The translations under genes and the position numbers were made by a program. Below the pieces are notes generated by a model that saw nothing but the letters and a program-made list of their open reading frames with translations, was not told the origin of the DNA and did not search any database. This document shows positions 49,187 to 62,000 of a stretch of DNA of 64,000 nucleotides, piece after piece (position 1 is the first letter of the stretch; each line of letters begins with the position of its first letter). Source of the stretch: Octopus vulgaris (Eukaryota); assembly GCA_951406725.2 (NCBI GenBank), contig OX597817.1, forward strand, positions 168,206,001-168,270,000. Reading direction: 5' to 3'.

Positions 49187-49277
49187 CGTTTGGAGAACAT
49201 GATGATATCAGCAACAATACACCTCCGTACAGCCCTACACCATGTCTGAAAGTGCGTAACATGTTTAAAGCAGATGT
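49187..49277 (+). CDS. LEMD3: MAN1/LEMD3 exon (AFGEHDDISNNTPPYSPTPCLKVRNMFKADV)
   Basis: ctttgtag/gtaagt, phase 1 to 2; TPCLK.RNMF starts the UHM/RRM. Confidence 0.97.
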
Positions 49278-51420
49278 GTAAGTACAGTGTACAGTTTTAT
49301 TCACCCTGCAGTGTAACTTATTCTTTCTCTCTTTGTCATGATCACTGTCTCATGTAGGTTGTAGGCTGGACAATTACACCTGTCGGTGTAGGTTGGACAA
49401 TTACACCTTTTTTCTCAAGTATAATTTAATTTATCATTATTATTAAGACGGCAAGCAGGCAGAATCGTTAGTGTGCCGGACGAAATGCTTAGCAGTATTT
49501 CGCCTATCGCTACGTTCTGAGTTCAAATTCCACCAAGGTCCACTTTGCCTTTCATCCTTTTGGGGCCAATAAATTAAGTACCAGTAAAATACTGGGATCG
49601 ATGTAATCAACTAGTCCCCTCTCCCCAAATTTCAGGCCTTGTGCCTATAGTAGAAAGGATTATTATTATTTTTATTATTATCATCACTATAATTATTTTT
49701 ATTATTTAGACAATGAACCTAGTTGCCAGTCAAAATGCTTAGCAGCATTTCTTCCAGTTTTATGTTCTGAGTTCAAATTCAATGGAGGTCAACTTTATCT
49801 TTTATCCTTTCAGGGGTCAATAAAATAAGTTCCAGTCAAGTTCAGGGTCACTGCCAAAAACTTACCCCCTTCACCCCTCAAAATTTGAAGCTTTGTGCCT
49901 ATAACTGAAAGAATTATTATTGTTAATTACTTCAGCTAACATTGCCCATGTAACTACATTCCATCCTAAACTCAATAGTATTTAGTTGTTATTTAACCTT
50001 GGGTGATCTCTAATTGAGCTGACGTATAATAATAGATATTCCAACTGTGACCATCATCATCATTTTACTTGCATTTTACCATACTGGCATGAGTTGATCC
50101 AGTTTTCTGAAGCAGTGTTTTACAGCCAGTGTTATGTGTAGTTTGGGTTCTAATGGGATAGACAACCAAATGAAAACCATTGTTATTGTTACGTGTTTAT
50201 TTTCTTTACATGATACACGGACTCGACATTCAGCGTAGTGATACATTATATACTTTACATACAGTTTGTACTATTCACTAACAAAATAGTGCCAAGAGTG
50301 GGGATGCACGTATACACATAGATATGAATGTGTAACAGCCAGTTACCCTATTAGTCACCTCTTATGACATGCAAGGATACAAGCTCTTTATTCTAAAACT
50401 GGGATACACACTCAAAACTGGGATATACACTCAAAGTGTATTTATGACTATCCAATGTGTCTTTCAAATCTTTTAAGACAATATGGTATAGTTTGAATGC
50501 AATTCAATTGCTATTTCTACCATCTGCAAAACAGAAGATGGTTAGCATTTCTCTTGACATAAGTGAAAGAAACTGCCTTTGTTTTAACATTCCTTTTTCC
50601 ATGCTAACATGGGTTACACAGATATATTATTAAGGTATTGCTTCTGGATGCTCTTCCTGGTGCTAACCCTTACCTTCTTTCCAAGCAAAGTCTCCCTTAT
50701 TTCATATGCTTTAACCCTTTAGTGTTCAGATTACTCTGTTAAACGTAATAATTTTTCACTCAAATTGTTTTGAATTAATCATGCATTATCTTATAGCTTT
50801 GAGGTTTCAATGATGTGATTGTTTATTTTTAGCATGACATTGTAGGTTAGGTGTGAGAGGCTAGATATCGCCAGTTTGAATATAAAACATGTAGAATATC
50901 AGGGCCAGATATGGCCAGTTTAAACACTAAAGGGTTAAATAACATCATATTCACTTGTAGTTGGAAATTTTCAGGGAAATGCAAATGTAAACAAACTCAC
51001 GCACAGAGAAGCATCGTTTAGTTTCCATCTATCAAATCTACTTGTTAAGCTTTTACTGCCCCTTAGCTTATAGTAGAAGATACTTGACTAAAGTATTGCA
51101 CAGTGGAACAAAATCCAAAGCTACATGATTGGAAAGCAAACTTCTTAATCACAACTCTCTGGTCTTTTGAACTTGACTTCATGTTTCCACTGAAGTTAAA
51201 TCATATTTGCATGTAGCAGTGTCCCGACCTCTGGCTACATGTTTTCGTCTCTTCTGCATACATCGTCTTAATATTGTGTTCTTTTTGCTGTAGGCTATTA
51301 GGTAAAAGTGCACAGTAGTGTGGCTAGAATAAAGGAACACAAAGGGACCTTATTACCTTCATGATGTAATGAGACATTTTGGTGCTGCTCACTCCTGTCT
51401 CTTTTCCTCTCTGTTTTCAG

Positions 51421-51526
51421 TGAAGAAGGTGATGACTGGGATGTACATATAGAAGATGCAATCTTAGAAAAGTGTAAAAATATCAATGGAATTCTTCACA
51501 TTCATGTCGATAAATCTTCTAAAGAG
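51421..51526 (+). CDS. LEMD3: MAN1/LEMD3 exon (EEGDDWDVHIEDAILEKCKNINGILHIHVDKSSKE)
   Basis: ttttcag/gtaaac, phase 2 to 0; AILEKC...GI.HI.VDK.S.E. Confidence 0.97.
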
Positions 51527-51766
51527 GTAAACCAAATTTCTTTTTTTTTTTTATTTTCAAATTTAACAACCATTGTAAAAAGATATCTTTCACCACAAAA
51601 CATCTATTCTGGTTAAACACATTAAAAACTAGTCACACATATAATCTTTACCATTACCATCACATCACCACCACTGCACACAAGCATACAATTTTGCCAT
51701 TCACCACACATGCCCACTCCTCAACCAAATCTGCTATAACATGTTTTTGTTTGTTATCCACTTCAG

Positions 51767-51845
51767 GGATGTGTCTACATCAAGTGTGACAATTGCGAAA
51801 CTGCAGGTCATGTGTACAGATCTCTCCATGGATGGTGGTTTGATA
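51767..51845 (+). CDS. LEMD3: MAN1/LEMD3 exon (GCVYIKCDNCETAGHVYRSLHGWWFD)
   Basis: cttcag/gtaagt, phase 0 to 1; RNP1-like GCVY.KC and LHG.WFD. Confidence 0.97.
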
Positions 51846-51877
51846 GTAAGTACATCTTTATATCTGTCTCTGCTAGA

Positions 51878-54710
51878 GTAACAGTAGACCGTGATGTCTC
51901 CAGCACAGGGTGACAGTAGACCGTGATGTCTCCAGCACAGGGTGACAGTAGACCGTGATGTCTCCAGCACAGGGTGACAGTAGACCGTGATGTCTCCAGC
52001 ACAGGGTGACAGTAGACCGTGATGTCTCCAGCACAGGGTGACAGTAGACCGTGATGTCTCCAGCACAGGGTGACAGTAGACCGTGATGTCTCCAGCACAG
52101 GGTGACAGTAGACCGTGATGTCTCCAGCACAGGGTGACAGTAGACCGTGATGTCTCCTGCACAAGGTGACAGTGGACAATGATGTCTCCTGCACAAGGTG
52201 ACAGTGGACAATGATGTCTCCTGCACAAGGTGACAGTGGACAGTGCTGTTTCCTGCACAAGGTGACAGTGGACAGTGATGTTTCCTGCACAAGGTGACAG
52301 TGGACAGTGATGTCTCCTGCACAAGATGACAGTGGACAGTGATGTCTCCTGCACAATGTGACAGTGGACAATGATGTCTCCTGCACAAGATGACAGTGAC
52401 AGTGATGTTTCCTGCACAAGGTGACAGTGGACAGTGATGTTTCCTGCACAAGATGACATTGGACAGTGATGTTTCCTGCACAAGGTGACAGTGGACAGTG
52501 ATGTTTCCTGCACAAGGTGACAGTGGACAGTGATGTCTCCTGCACAAGGTGACAGTGGACAGTGATGTTTCCTGCACAAGGTGACAGTGGACAGTGATGT
52601 TTCCTGCACAAGGTGACAGTGGACAGTGATGTTTCCTGCACAATGTGACAGTGGACAATGATGTCTCCTGCACAAGATGACAGTGGACAGTGATGTTTCC
52701 TGCACAAGGTGACAGTGGACAATGATGTTTCCTGCACAAGGGGACAGTGGACAGTGATGTTTCCTGCACAAGGTGACAATGGACAGTGATGTTTCCTGCA
52801 CAAGGTGACAGTGGGCAATGATGTTTCCTGCACAAGGTGACAGTGGGCAGTGATGTTTCCTGCACAAGGTGACAGTGGGCAGTGATGTTTCCTGCACAAG
52901 GTGACAGTGGACAGTGATGTTTCCTGCACAAGGTGACAGTGGACAGTGATGTTTCCTGCACAAGGTGACAGTGGGCAATGATGTTTCCTGCACAAGGTGA
53001 CAGTGGGCAGTGATGTTTCCTGCACAAGGTGACAGTGGGCAGTGATGTTTCCTGCACAAGGTGACAGTGGACAGTGATGTTTCCTGCACAAGGTGACAGT
53101 GGGCAATGATGTTTCCTGCACAAGGTGACAGTGGGCAGTGATGTTTCCTGCACAAGGTGACAGTGGGCAGTGATGTTTCCTGCACAAGGTGACAGTGGGC
53201 AGTGATGTTTCCTGCACAAGGTGACAGTGGACAGTGATGTTTCCTGCACAAGGTGACAGTGGACAGTGATGTTTCCTGCACAAGGTGACAGTGGACAGTG
53301 ATGTTTCCTGCACAATGTGACAGTGGACAATGATGTCTCCTGCACAAGATGACAGTGGACAGTGATGTTTCCTGCACAAGGTGACAGTGGACAATGATGT
53401 TTCCTGCACAAGGTGACAGTGGACAATGATGTTTCCTGCACAAGATGACAGTGGACAGTGATGTCTCCTGCACAAGGTGGCAGTGGACAGTGATGTTTCC
53501 TGCACAAGGTGACAGTGGACAGTGATGTCTCCTGCACAAGATGACAGTGGACAATGATGTTTCCTGCACAAGGTGGCAGTGGACAGTGATGTTTCCTGCA
53601 CAAGGTGACAGTGGACAATGATGTTTCCTGCACAAGGTGACAGTGGACAGTGATGTTTCCTGCACAAGGTGACAGTGGACAGTGATGTTTCCTGCACAAG
53701 GTGACAGTGGACAGTGATGTCTCCTGCACAAGGTGACAGTGGACAGTGATGTTTCCTGCACAAGGTGACAGTGGACAATGATGTTTCCTGCACAAGGTGA
53801 CAGTGGACAGTGATGTTTCCTGCACAAGGTGACAGTGGACAATGATGTTTCCTGCACAAGGTGACAGTGGACAGTGATGTCTCCTGCACAAGGTGGCAGT
53901 GGACAGTGATGTTTCCTGCACAAGGTGACAGTGGACAGTGATGTCTCCTGCACAAGATGACAGTGGACGATGATGTTTCCTGCACAAGGTGACAGTGGAC
54001 AATGATGTTTCCTGCACAAGGTGACAGTGGACAGTGATGTTTCCTGCACAATGTGACAGTGGACAATGATGTTTCCTGCACAAGGTGACAGTGGACAGTG
54101 ATGTCTCCTGCACAAGATGACAGTGGTCAGTGATGTCTCCTGCACAAGATGACAGTGGACGATGATGTTTCCTGCACAAGGTGACAGTGATGTTTCCTGC
54201 ACAAGGTGACAGTGGACAATGTTTCCTGCACAAGGTGACAGTGGACAGTGATGTTTCCTGCACAAGGTGACAGTGGACAATGATGTTTCCTGCACAATGT
54301 GACAGTGGACAATGATGTTTCCCTCTACAAGATGACAGTGGACAGTGATGTTTCCTGCACAAGGTGACAGTGGACAATAATGTTTCCTGCACAAGGTGAC
54401 AGTGGACAATGATGTTTCCTGCACAAGGTGACAGTGGACAATGATGTCTCCTGCACAAGATGACAGTAGACAGTGATGTTTCCTGCACAAGATGACAGTG
54501 GACAATGATGTCTCCTGGGTGATATCTCCAGCAAGAGGTGACAGTAAACGGTGATGTCTCTAGCTCGGTAACAGTAGACGGTGATGTCTCTAGCTCGGTA
54601 ACAGTAGACGGTGATGTCTCTAGCTCGGTAACAGTAGACGGTGATGTCTCCAGTACAAGGTGACAATAGATAGTGATGTCTCCAATACAAAGTGACAGTA
54701 GACTGATGTC
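51878..54710. repeat. 32-bp minisatellite, ~88 units, filling the last LEMD3 intron
   Basis: Consensus GTGACAGTGGACAGTGATGTTTCCTGCACAAG; variant blocks at both ends. Confidence 0.97.
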
Positions 54711-54826
54711 TACCTCAGATTGTGAACGTAACCAGTGACGTTACTATAATACATTGAGACAAATATTTCAATGTTTACTAAGCATGTCTTTTAACTCTCT
54801 CTCTCTCTTTCTTTCTCTCCGCACAG

Positions 54827-54984
54827 GACGTCTCGTGACAGTGAAGTACCTCCGGCTGGACATGTACCATGACCGTTTCCCATCATCTCGAGTTGCCGTT
54901 AAAGCTATGAAACCATCTTCACACAGCAGAACACATTCAGTGTGTCAACAGCCCATACAACGATACAGTCTACAGATGACATAG
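54827..54984 (+). CDS. LEMD3: MAN1/LEMD3 terminal coding exon (RLVTVKYLRLDMYHDRFPSSRVAVKAMKPSS...SLQMT*)
   Basis: CT-rich acceptor gcacag; LVTVKYLRLD.YH.RFP matches the MAN1 C-terminus; TAG stop at 54982-54984. Confidence 0.96.
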
Positions 54985-55482
54985 GTCACACCATTGCTTT
55001 CCAGTGCCTTTCTCTCTCTCTCTCTCCGACAGCCCCTTCTCCCTTTTTTCTCCTCTATCTTATACCCATTGACATTTCATGGACTCTACATACACTCTAC
55101 TACCATGTGACTTTTATTACTGTCTAAAACATGTTATAATATTGTCATAATATCATCACCACTATTATCATCATCATCATCATTACCGACTATTGGCTAT
55201 TACTTCATGTCAGTTTCCATAGCTTTGTGTGTGTGTGTGTGTGTCTATCTGTCTGTCTACCTCTCTCTCTCTCTCTCTCTCTATGTGTGTGTGAGTGTAG
55301 ACCTGTTGTATATATTGCTGCCCAGCAACTCCATGAATCTGTGTGTTTGTCATATCTATCTATATATATTGCCATATAAGAGGACTTGTATGTGCAGTGT
55401 ATTACATCTGTGTGTTGCAGTGGTGTGCATGTGTGTGTGTGCTTGTACAGACATTAATGTATCGTTCTCTCTGTCTCTCTCA

Positions 55483-55685
55483 ATATATACATATATATAT
55501 ATATATGTGTGTGTGTATGTATATATATATATATATGTGTGTGTGTATGTATATATATATATATATGTATATGTATGTATATATATATATATATGTATAT
55601 ATATGTATATATATATATGTATATATATGTATGTATATATATGTATATATATATATGTATATATATATATGTATATATATATATG

Positions 55686-55736
<51 letters not shown>

Positions 55737-55887
55737 GTATATATATATATGTATATATATATATATGTATATATATGTATGTATATATATATATATGTAT
55801 GTGTATATATATGTATATATGTGTGTATATATATGTATATATGTATGTGTATATGTATGTATATATGTATGTGTATATGTATGTATG

Positions 55888-55921
<34 letters not shown>

Positions 55922-56017
55922 TGTATATATGTATGTATGTATGTATGTATATATGTATGTATGTATGTATATATATATGTATGTATGTATATATATATAT
56001 GTATGTATGTATGTATG

Positions 56018-56064
<47 letters not shown>

Positions 56065-56065
56065 A
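55483..56065. repeat. Compound (TA)/(TG)/(TATG)n microsatellite in the presumed 3' UTR
   Basis: ~580 bp of almost only alternating T and purine. Confidence 0.95.
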
Positions 56066-59000
56066 ATATTTACATACATCCTCCCTCCTATCAGAGTGTT
56101 TTGGTGTGTTCACTATTGTCCTGCCTTACCACATCTTACACCAACATATTCTACCAACCACTCACCACCTACCTCATATTGAAACATGAACATTTTGACG
56201 TTCACCATTTCACTCGCCCCGCCCCGCCCCCCTCATTTAATCCTTGTTCCTCTCTCCCCTCCCCCCCCCTATTCTAGATGCTGCTGTATTTTTATTCTAT
56301 AACCCATTTATTTTTAAGCTAATTTAACTTCCAGTCCCCCAAAAAAAAAGGACCTTGCTTTTTTGTCTGTTACTTTTTGTTTTTTTGCGTCTGTGTGTGT
56401 GTGTGTTTATTTATCATTTGTTATTGTTGTTGTTGTTGTTGTTACTAACTTTGCCTTCACATAGGTTTTTGTGTTGTTTGAATTAGGTCTGCCACAACAT
56501 CGCTGTCATCTTAACCCTCCCTTATAGCTAGCCTAATTGGACCAAGCCTACCACAACTAAACTGGGTTGCATCATTTAATTAATAGGGCTTTGAATCAAT
56601 CAATTCATTTAGCTTCCCAGTTATTTCATTGGTCGATTCACAGTTACAGTTGCGTAGGAATGAGTTTGGAGATGTTTACAATTTGGGGACACGAATGAAC
56701 CTTCACAACTTCTTGTATGCTCCTTTTCTGTGTCCAGTTTGTTTCAGTGAGGTTTTGCTAAAACTATTACCAAAAATGTTCTGTATTATGAAAAATGTTT
56801 CATCCTTTTAGTTTTGAGCTCCTTTTTTTTTTATCTGCTCCCCATACACTGTATTTACTTCATGCCACCTCTGTCATCTTACCTTTAAAAACCTCTCTTA
56901 CTCTGCCCATTAGCAGAGCTAGTTCTGAGAAACAATACCATCACACCCTTTGTATTTTGGTGTGTGTGTGTGTGTCTGTAGATGTAAATATGTATGAGTG
57001 TGTGTGTGTGTGTGTAGCTGTATGAAACGATTTTGCAATTAGTTATTTGTATTTTTCTACATTGTGTATGGTGTTGGTTGGTGGTGTAATACTTCTTGTG
57101 GGTCTGTGACACACTCCTGTATTATGATGGTAGTACACTTCTCTGTAATTTGGTACGACTACTGTACCTGATGTATCACAGTCCTGTACTGTTGTTCTCT
57201 TGTGTGACACAACTCTGTGCTCTTCTTTGATGTGATACAGCTCTGTACTGTTTCTATCATACGACACAACTATACTGTGGTGTTAATCATTAACCAAACA
57301 GTTCCATTTAACCGACGTCTTCATATAAGCATCCTTTTCCTGTTCTGCCAACAGTGACATATTTATTTCTATATTTTCTCCTCATCCTCCTTTACACACA
57401 CAGACACACACACACACACTTGTACACACACTCACATAACTATAGTTGCTCATTACCTGAGAGACCTAACCTCAGGTGTGCTAGTAACTCTCTCAACATA
57501 ATCACCTGGCACTGCTATTCTGCTATCACTCCATATCACCTTCATCTTATTCACTAACATTCATCTAAACTGAGAATATTTACAAATTCTATAACTGGCC
57601 AGTTTCCATACACTCCTTCAACTTATAGTTGTCCGTCCATTTCAAGGAAATCCTTCTTCTTTCTACACCTTCATTCCTTTCAGTTTGTTGCTTCCCTGCA
57701 GTTTCTTTTGCATTGTATACAATGTGGTGAGACCAGACCCTTTCCCTCCTGGGCTGACTTTGCCTTTCATTTTTTTCAAGATTTGCATAGTGTCAATAAA
57801 GTAAATTACCAGTTATACATTGAAATTGATTCAATCAACTGTGCTTGCTCCATTCACAGAAACAACTGTGTGCCTGATTAAAAGAATTTTCTATTAATTA
57901 TTTTCATTATCATCATTTCATTGTCATCATCTTCATCACCATCATTATTATTATTATTAAGGGCAGTAGAGTGACAGAAAAATAGCGTATCGGATAAAAT
58001 ACCTAATAGTATTTAATTCCATCCCTTTATGTTTGGAATCCAAATCACACTGGGATCAACTTTTCCTCATTGAATTGAAGATGACCCTTCCGCTACAATT
58101 TTGGAGCTTTCAGCTCTCATGTACACAAAAATAAAACCAAATCATTATTCTTATTATTAACAGGCACTAAGCCACAGGAGTCAGTTATCATTAAAACAAG
58201 TCCTTGGTTTTGGTTCCTTGTTTGAATCTGCTTTGTTTTCATTGCTTGAGAAAAAAAAAAAGGCATGAATGTCTCAAACCATTCCCTCCCTTTCCAAAAA
58301 AAAAAAACATGCTTCATATTTATGGTAAAAAAAAAAAATTCTTCAATTGTAATGTTTTTGTTTTTGTTTTTTTTAATGAATTTCTCAACCGATTGCATCT
58401 GTTTCTAAACGAGACTCTTTATTCAAACTGTGTAACCGTCAATTCCATTCTGCTACACATCATAATCAACAATCAGCTAAAGTGAGCCTGCCTTAACCTC
58501 GTGCAACACTCATCATTCTTCAGTTGTTTCGAACACATCTTTTAGAACTTTCCTCCATAAATGTTCTGTTGCCTCTTATTTCAACTGTTGGTTCCTTTTA
58601 TGTAAGGAGAGAATATCTGAGGAAAATATTGAAATGCAGCTTTGGCAGTATTAGAATGGCTTTTTGTTCTTGGTGTCACATTTCACCTTAGCCTTGTTAC
58701 GTGTATTACAACTTGGTTAAACCATCATCTCCAGTGAAGCCAGGATTATTCACTTAACCCATCAGCTATGAACTTGGGCAGACCCAGCAATGCTGTTTGG
58801 TTCATATGTGATATACGAACATCACTAAATTTGGTCTTAGCTGGAAGGGACAACTGGGTTGTTTCGTCTCAGACAGATGGTAGGGAGTTTTGCCTGAACA
58901 GCAGTAATAGCGGTGGTATATTGGGGGCTTTGGGGAGGTGATAGGGTTAGTTAAAGGTCAGTGTATTGATAGTCGGTCACTTGAATTCACTCCACTGCAT

Positions 59001-62000
59001 CTCCTCCCCACCAAAATTCGGCCTTGTTTTTTTTTTTTATTGTCAAAAGTGAATTATTAATGTTGCACCAAATATGTTTAAAAACTTGGTCTGCAAAAAG
59101 AAAAAACTAAGGAATAAAATATTAATCCCTGTAACATTTTCCCTTTAATTTAAGTATGTAACAAGGCTAAGTAAGCATAGTCCTTGTGTGGCTGAAAAGT
59201 AAGACATTCTTATGTTACCAGTTTTTTATAGAAACAACAGCACAACCTATGTTCTAAGTATCCTGGACGGTTTTGCTCTCCAAGATTGTGTAAACCATCT
59301 AATGTCAACTGCTGCTTGAGTGTAGGGCTGACTGTGGTTTAGTACTGTATATTGTATTCTAGGCTTAAATAGTTGGGAATTCATTTTTCAATTCTGCTAG
59401 TATGGCCCTTGGTCTTTGTCTCCAGTGACCTGGCAGCAGAAGTGGTTGCCTAATGATCACAAATGGTGTGCACCTGGACCTAGCTACTAAATTTTTCCTG
59501 CTTCCACTTAGTTGTCAACAGCCTTGCTAACAATTGAGAAGATGGTAAAGCCCTGAGCAGACTGGAAAAAAAATGATGTGTAGTCAGGTGGTCTCTACAG
59601 TGCCAAGATCAAATACTGTCACAAGAGTATCACTGCTGCTGCTGCTACTACTACTACTACTATCCCTATTACTACCACCTTTGTTATTCCCTGACCCCTC
59701 TCTCATCTCTTCTGGCCAGAATGATAGTCATGCTACTACTGAACATACAGTTGGCTACAAAAGATCCTAGAGATTTTTTTCTTTTTATTTTTTATTTGTA
59801 TTTTTTTAATTATATGTATGTATGTATATATATATACATATATATGCATATATATGTATACTTCTTTTATGTTTGAAATTCTCTTTCTGCTGCTTTATTA
59901 AAGCCTTTTACAATTTTTTTTCTTCCAATCAGAACTATTTTCTGTTGTATTTCTTTTGATTTGTGCCCTTTTGTTTCATTGTGTCTAATGTTCTTACAAT
60001 GCATCCGACCCCTTTCTTTTGTGCCTTCCTAATCTGTTCACTGATTTCACTGAGAACTAGTTTTAAATGGCACACTTCCCCATATCTCTCTATCTCTCTC
60101 TCTCTCTCTCTTTCATTAAAAAGCTGGATTATATTGATGTCATACGAGAGGAGAATTTGTTTTTGTTCTTTTGTTTTTCTCCAAATAAAGTCCTTACCTG
60201 AAATCCGATTCTCTTCTCTCTTCACAGAACAGAAGAATATTATCCATATTTTAACCCTTTAGCATTTAAACCAGCCATATCCGGCCAGAAGTATTCTGCC
60301 TGTTTTATGTTCAAACTGGCCAGATCTGGTCTCTCACACCAACCCTACAATATCATTTTAAAAAATTAACAGCTACTTCTTCAAAATCTCATAGCTACAA
60401 GATAATGCATGATTAGTTCAAAGCAATGTGGATAAAAAAAGGATTAATTTTGGCAGAATAATGCAAACACTAAGGGGTTAAACTTTATGGAACTGATTTT
60501 TGCCATCTCAGACTATCATTTACTTTTTCAAGTTCTGGTATTTAACTTTATTTTTAATATCTCTTTCTTTACTACCCACAAGGGGCTCAACACAGAAACA
60601 ATGGACAAACAGATTAAGTCGATTATATCGACCCCAGTACATAACTGGTACTTATTTAATCGACCCCGAAAGGATGAAAGGCAAAGTCGACCTCGGCGGA
60701 ATTTGAACTCAGAACGTAGCGGCAGACGAAATACCGATAAGCATTTCGCCCGGCGTGCTAACGATTCTGCCAGCTCGCCTTTATTTTTAATATCAGTTAG
60801 TCATTGACTGTGGTTGAGAAACCTAATACATTGGACTACTGAGCATTTAGTCAGGAGATTGCTATGACCATTGTGTTCTTTCACTAAATAAGGAAGTAAT
60901 CCTTTTTGTCAGAATCTGAATGGTTAACTGTAGTTAGAGCATTTAGTTTGTTGACAGTCCATGGTTATACATTCATTGCTAGCTGCCAGTTATAACTAAT
61001 TTACTGTCAACAACGTCATACTGTAATGACTGTTTATATGCAACAACATTAACCCTTTCGTTACCAACCCGGCTGAAACCGGCTCTGGCTCTTTAGTATA
61101 AATGTCTTGTTTTCATAAGTTTTGAATTCAAATCTTCCACTAAATCTTAGTCACAATTTATGTTCCTAACACTAGCTTAATGATAACGATGTTATTTTAC
61201 TAAATTCTTTGTTATTTTAAAAATAATTGGAAGAAACACAGAGCATCTCAAAATATATACAGTAACGAAAGGGTTAAAACCACTCATATACAGTTGTTAC
61301 ATTAACTTTTCCTTTGTTATTTTGTTATAATACTAATATATCTTCTCAGAGTCTCTTGTTGTGTACATTTATGACCTGAATGCCCCACTCTGCTTTTGCA
61401 ACACCTCTCTTACAGTCATGCATCAGTGAGTAGGTTGTACATGTACAATGTAAGACTTCAAATACTTAATATCATTAGGAAGGTGGTAAACTGGCAGAAT
61501 TGTTAACACATTGGACGAAAATGCTTAGTTGCATTTCATCCAACTCATTGCATTCTGAATTCAAACTCACCTTTCATCCTTTCAGAGTCAATAAAATGTG
61601 TACCAGTCAAATACTGGGATCGATGTTGACAATTTGCCCCTTCCTCAAAATTGCTGGCCTTGTGCCAAATTTAGAATGAGGTATTATTATTATTATTATG
61701 TAATTATTATTATAATGTAATGAGGCGCGTGGCTCAGTGGTTAGAGCGTCGAGCTTACGATCGTGAGGTTGTGAGTTCGAATCCCGGACCGGGCTGCGTG
61801 TTGTGTTCTTGAGCAAGACACTTTATTTCACGTTGCTCCAGTTCACTCATCTGTAGAAATGAGTTGCGACGTCACAGGTGCCAAGCTGTATCGGCCCCTT
61901 TGCCTTTCCCTTGGACAACATCGATGACGTGGAGAGGGGAGGCCGGTATGCATGGGCAACTGCTGGTCTTCCATAAAACAACCTTGCCCAGACTTGACCC

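Noticed and set aside
51734-54690. 923, 871 and 757 aa Cys/His-rich ORFs on the minus strand
   Set aside because: The 32-bp unit lacks minus-strand stops, so all three frames give the same permuted peptide and indels are tolerated freely. The ORFs are antisense within a LEMD3 intron.
51878-54710. CRISPR-like array
   Set aside because: Head-to-tail repeats with no unique spacers, no cas genes, eukaryotic context.
55207-56277. Long Y/I/M/C/V-rich ORFs (also 37691-38001 and 20510-20943)
   Set aside because: Translations of dinucleotide and tetranucleotide microsatellites.
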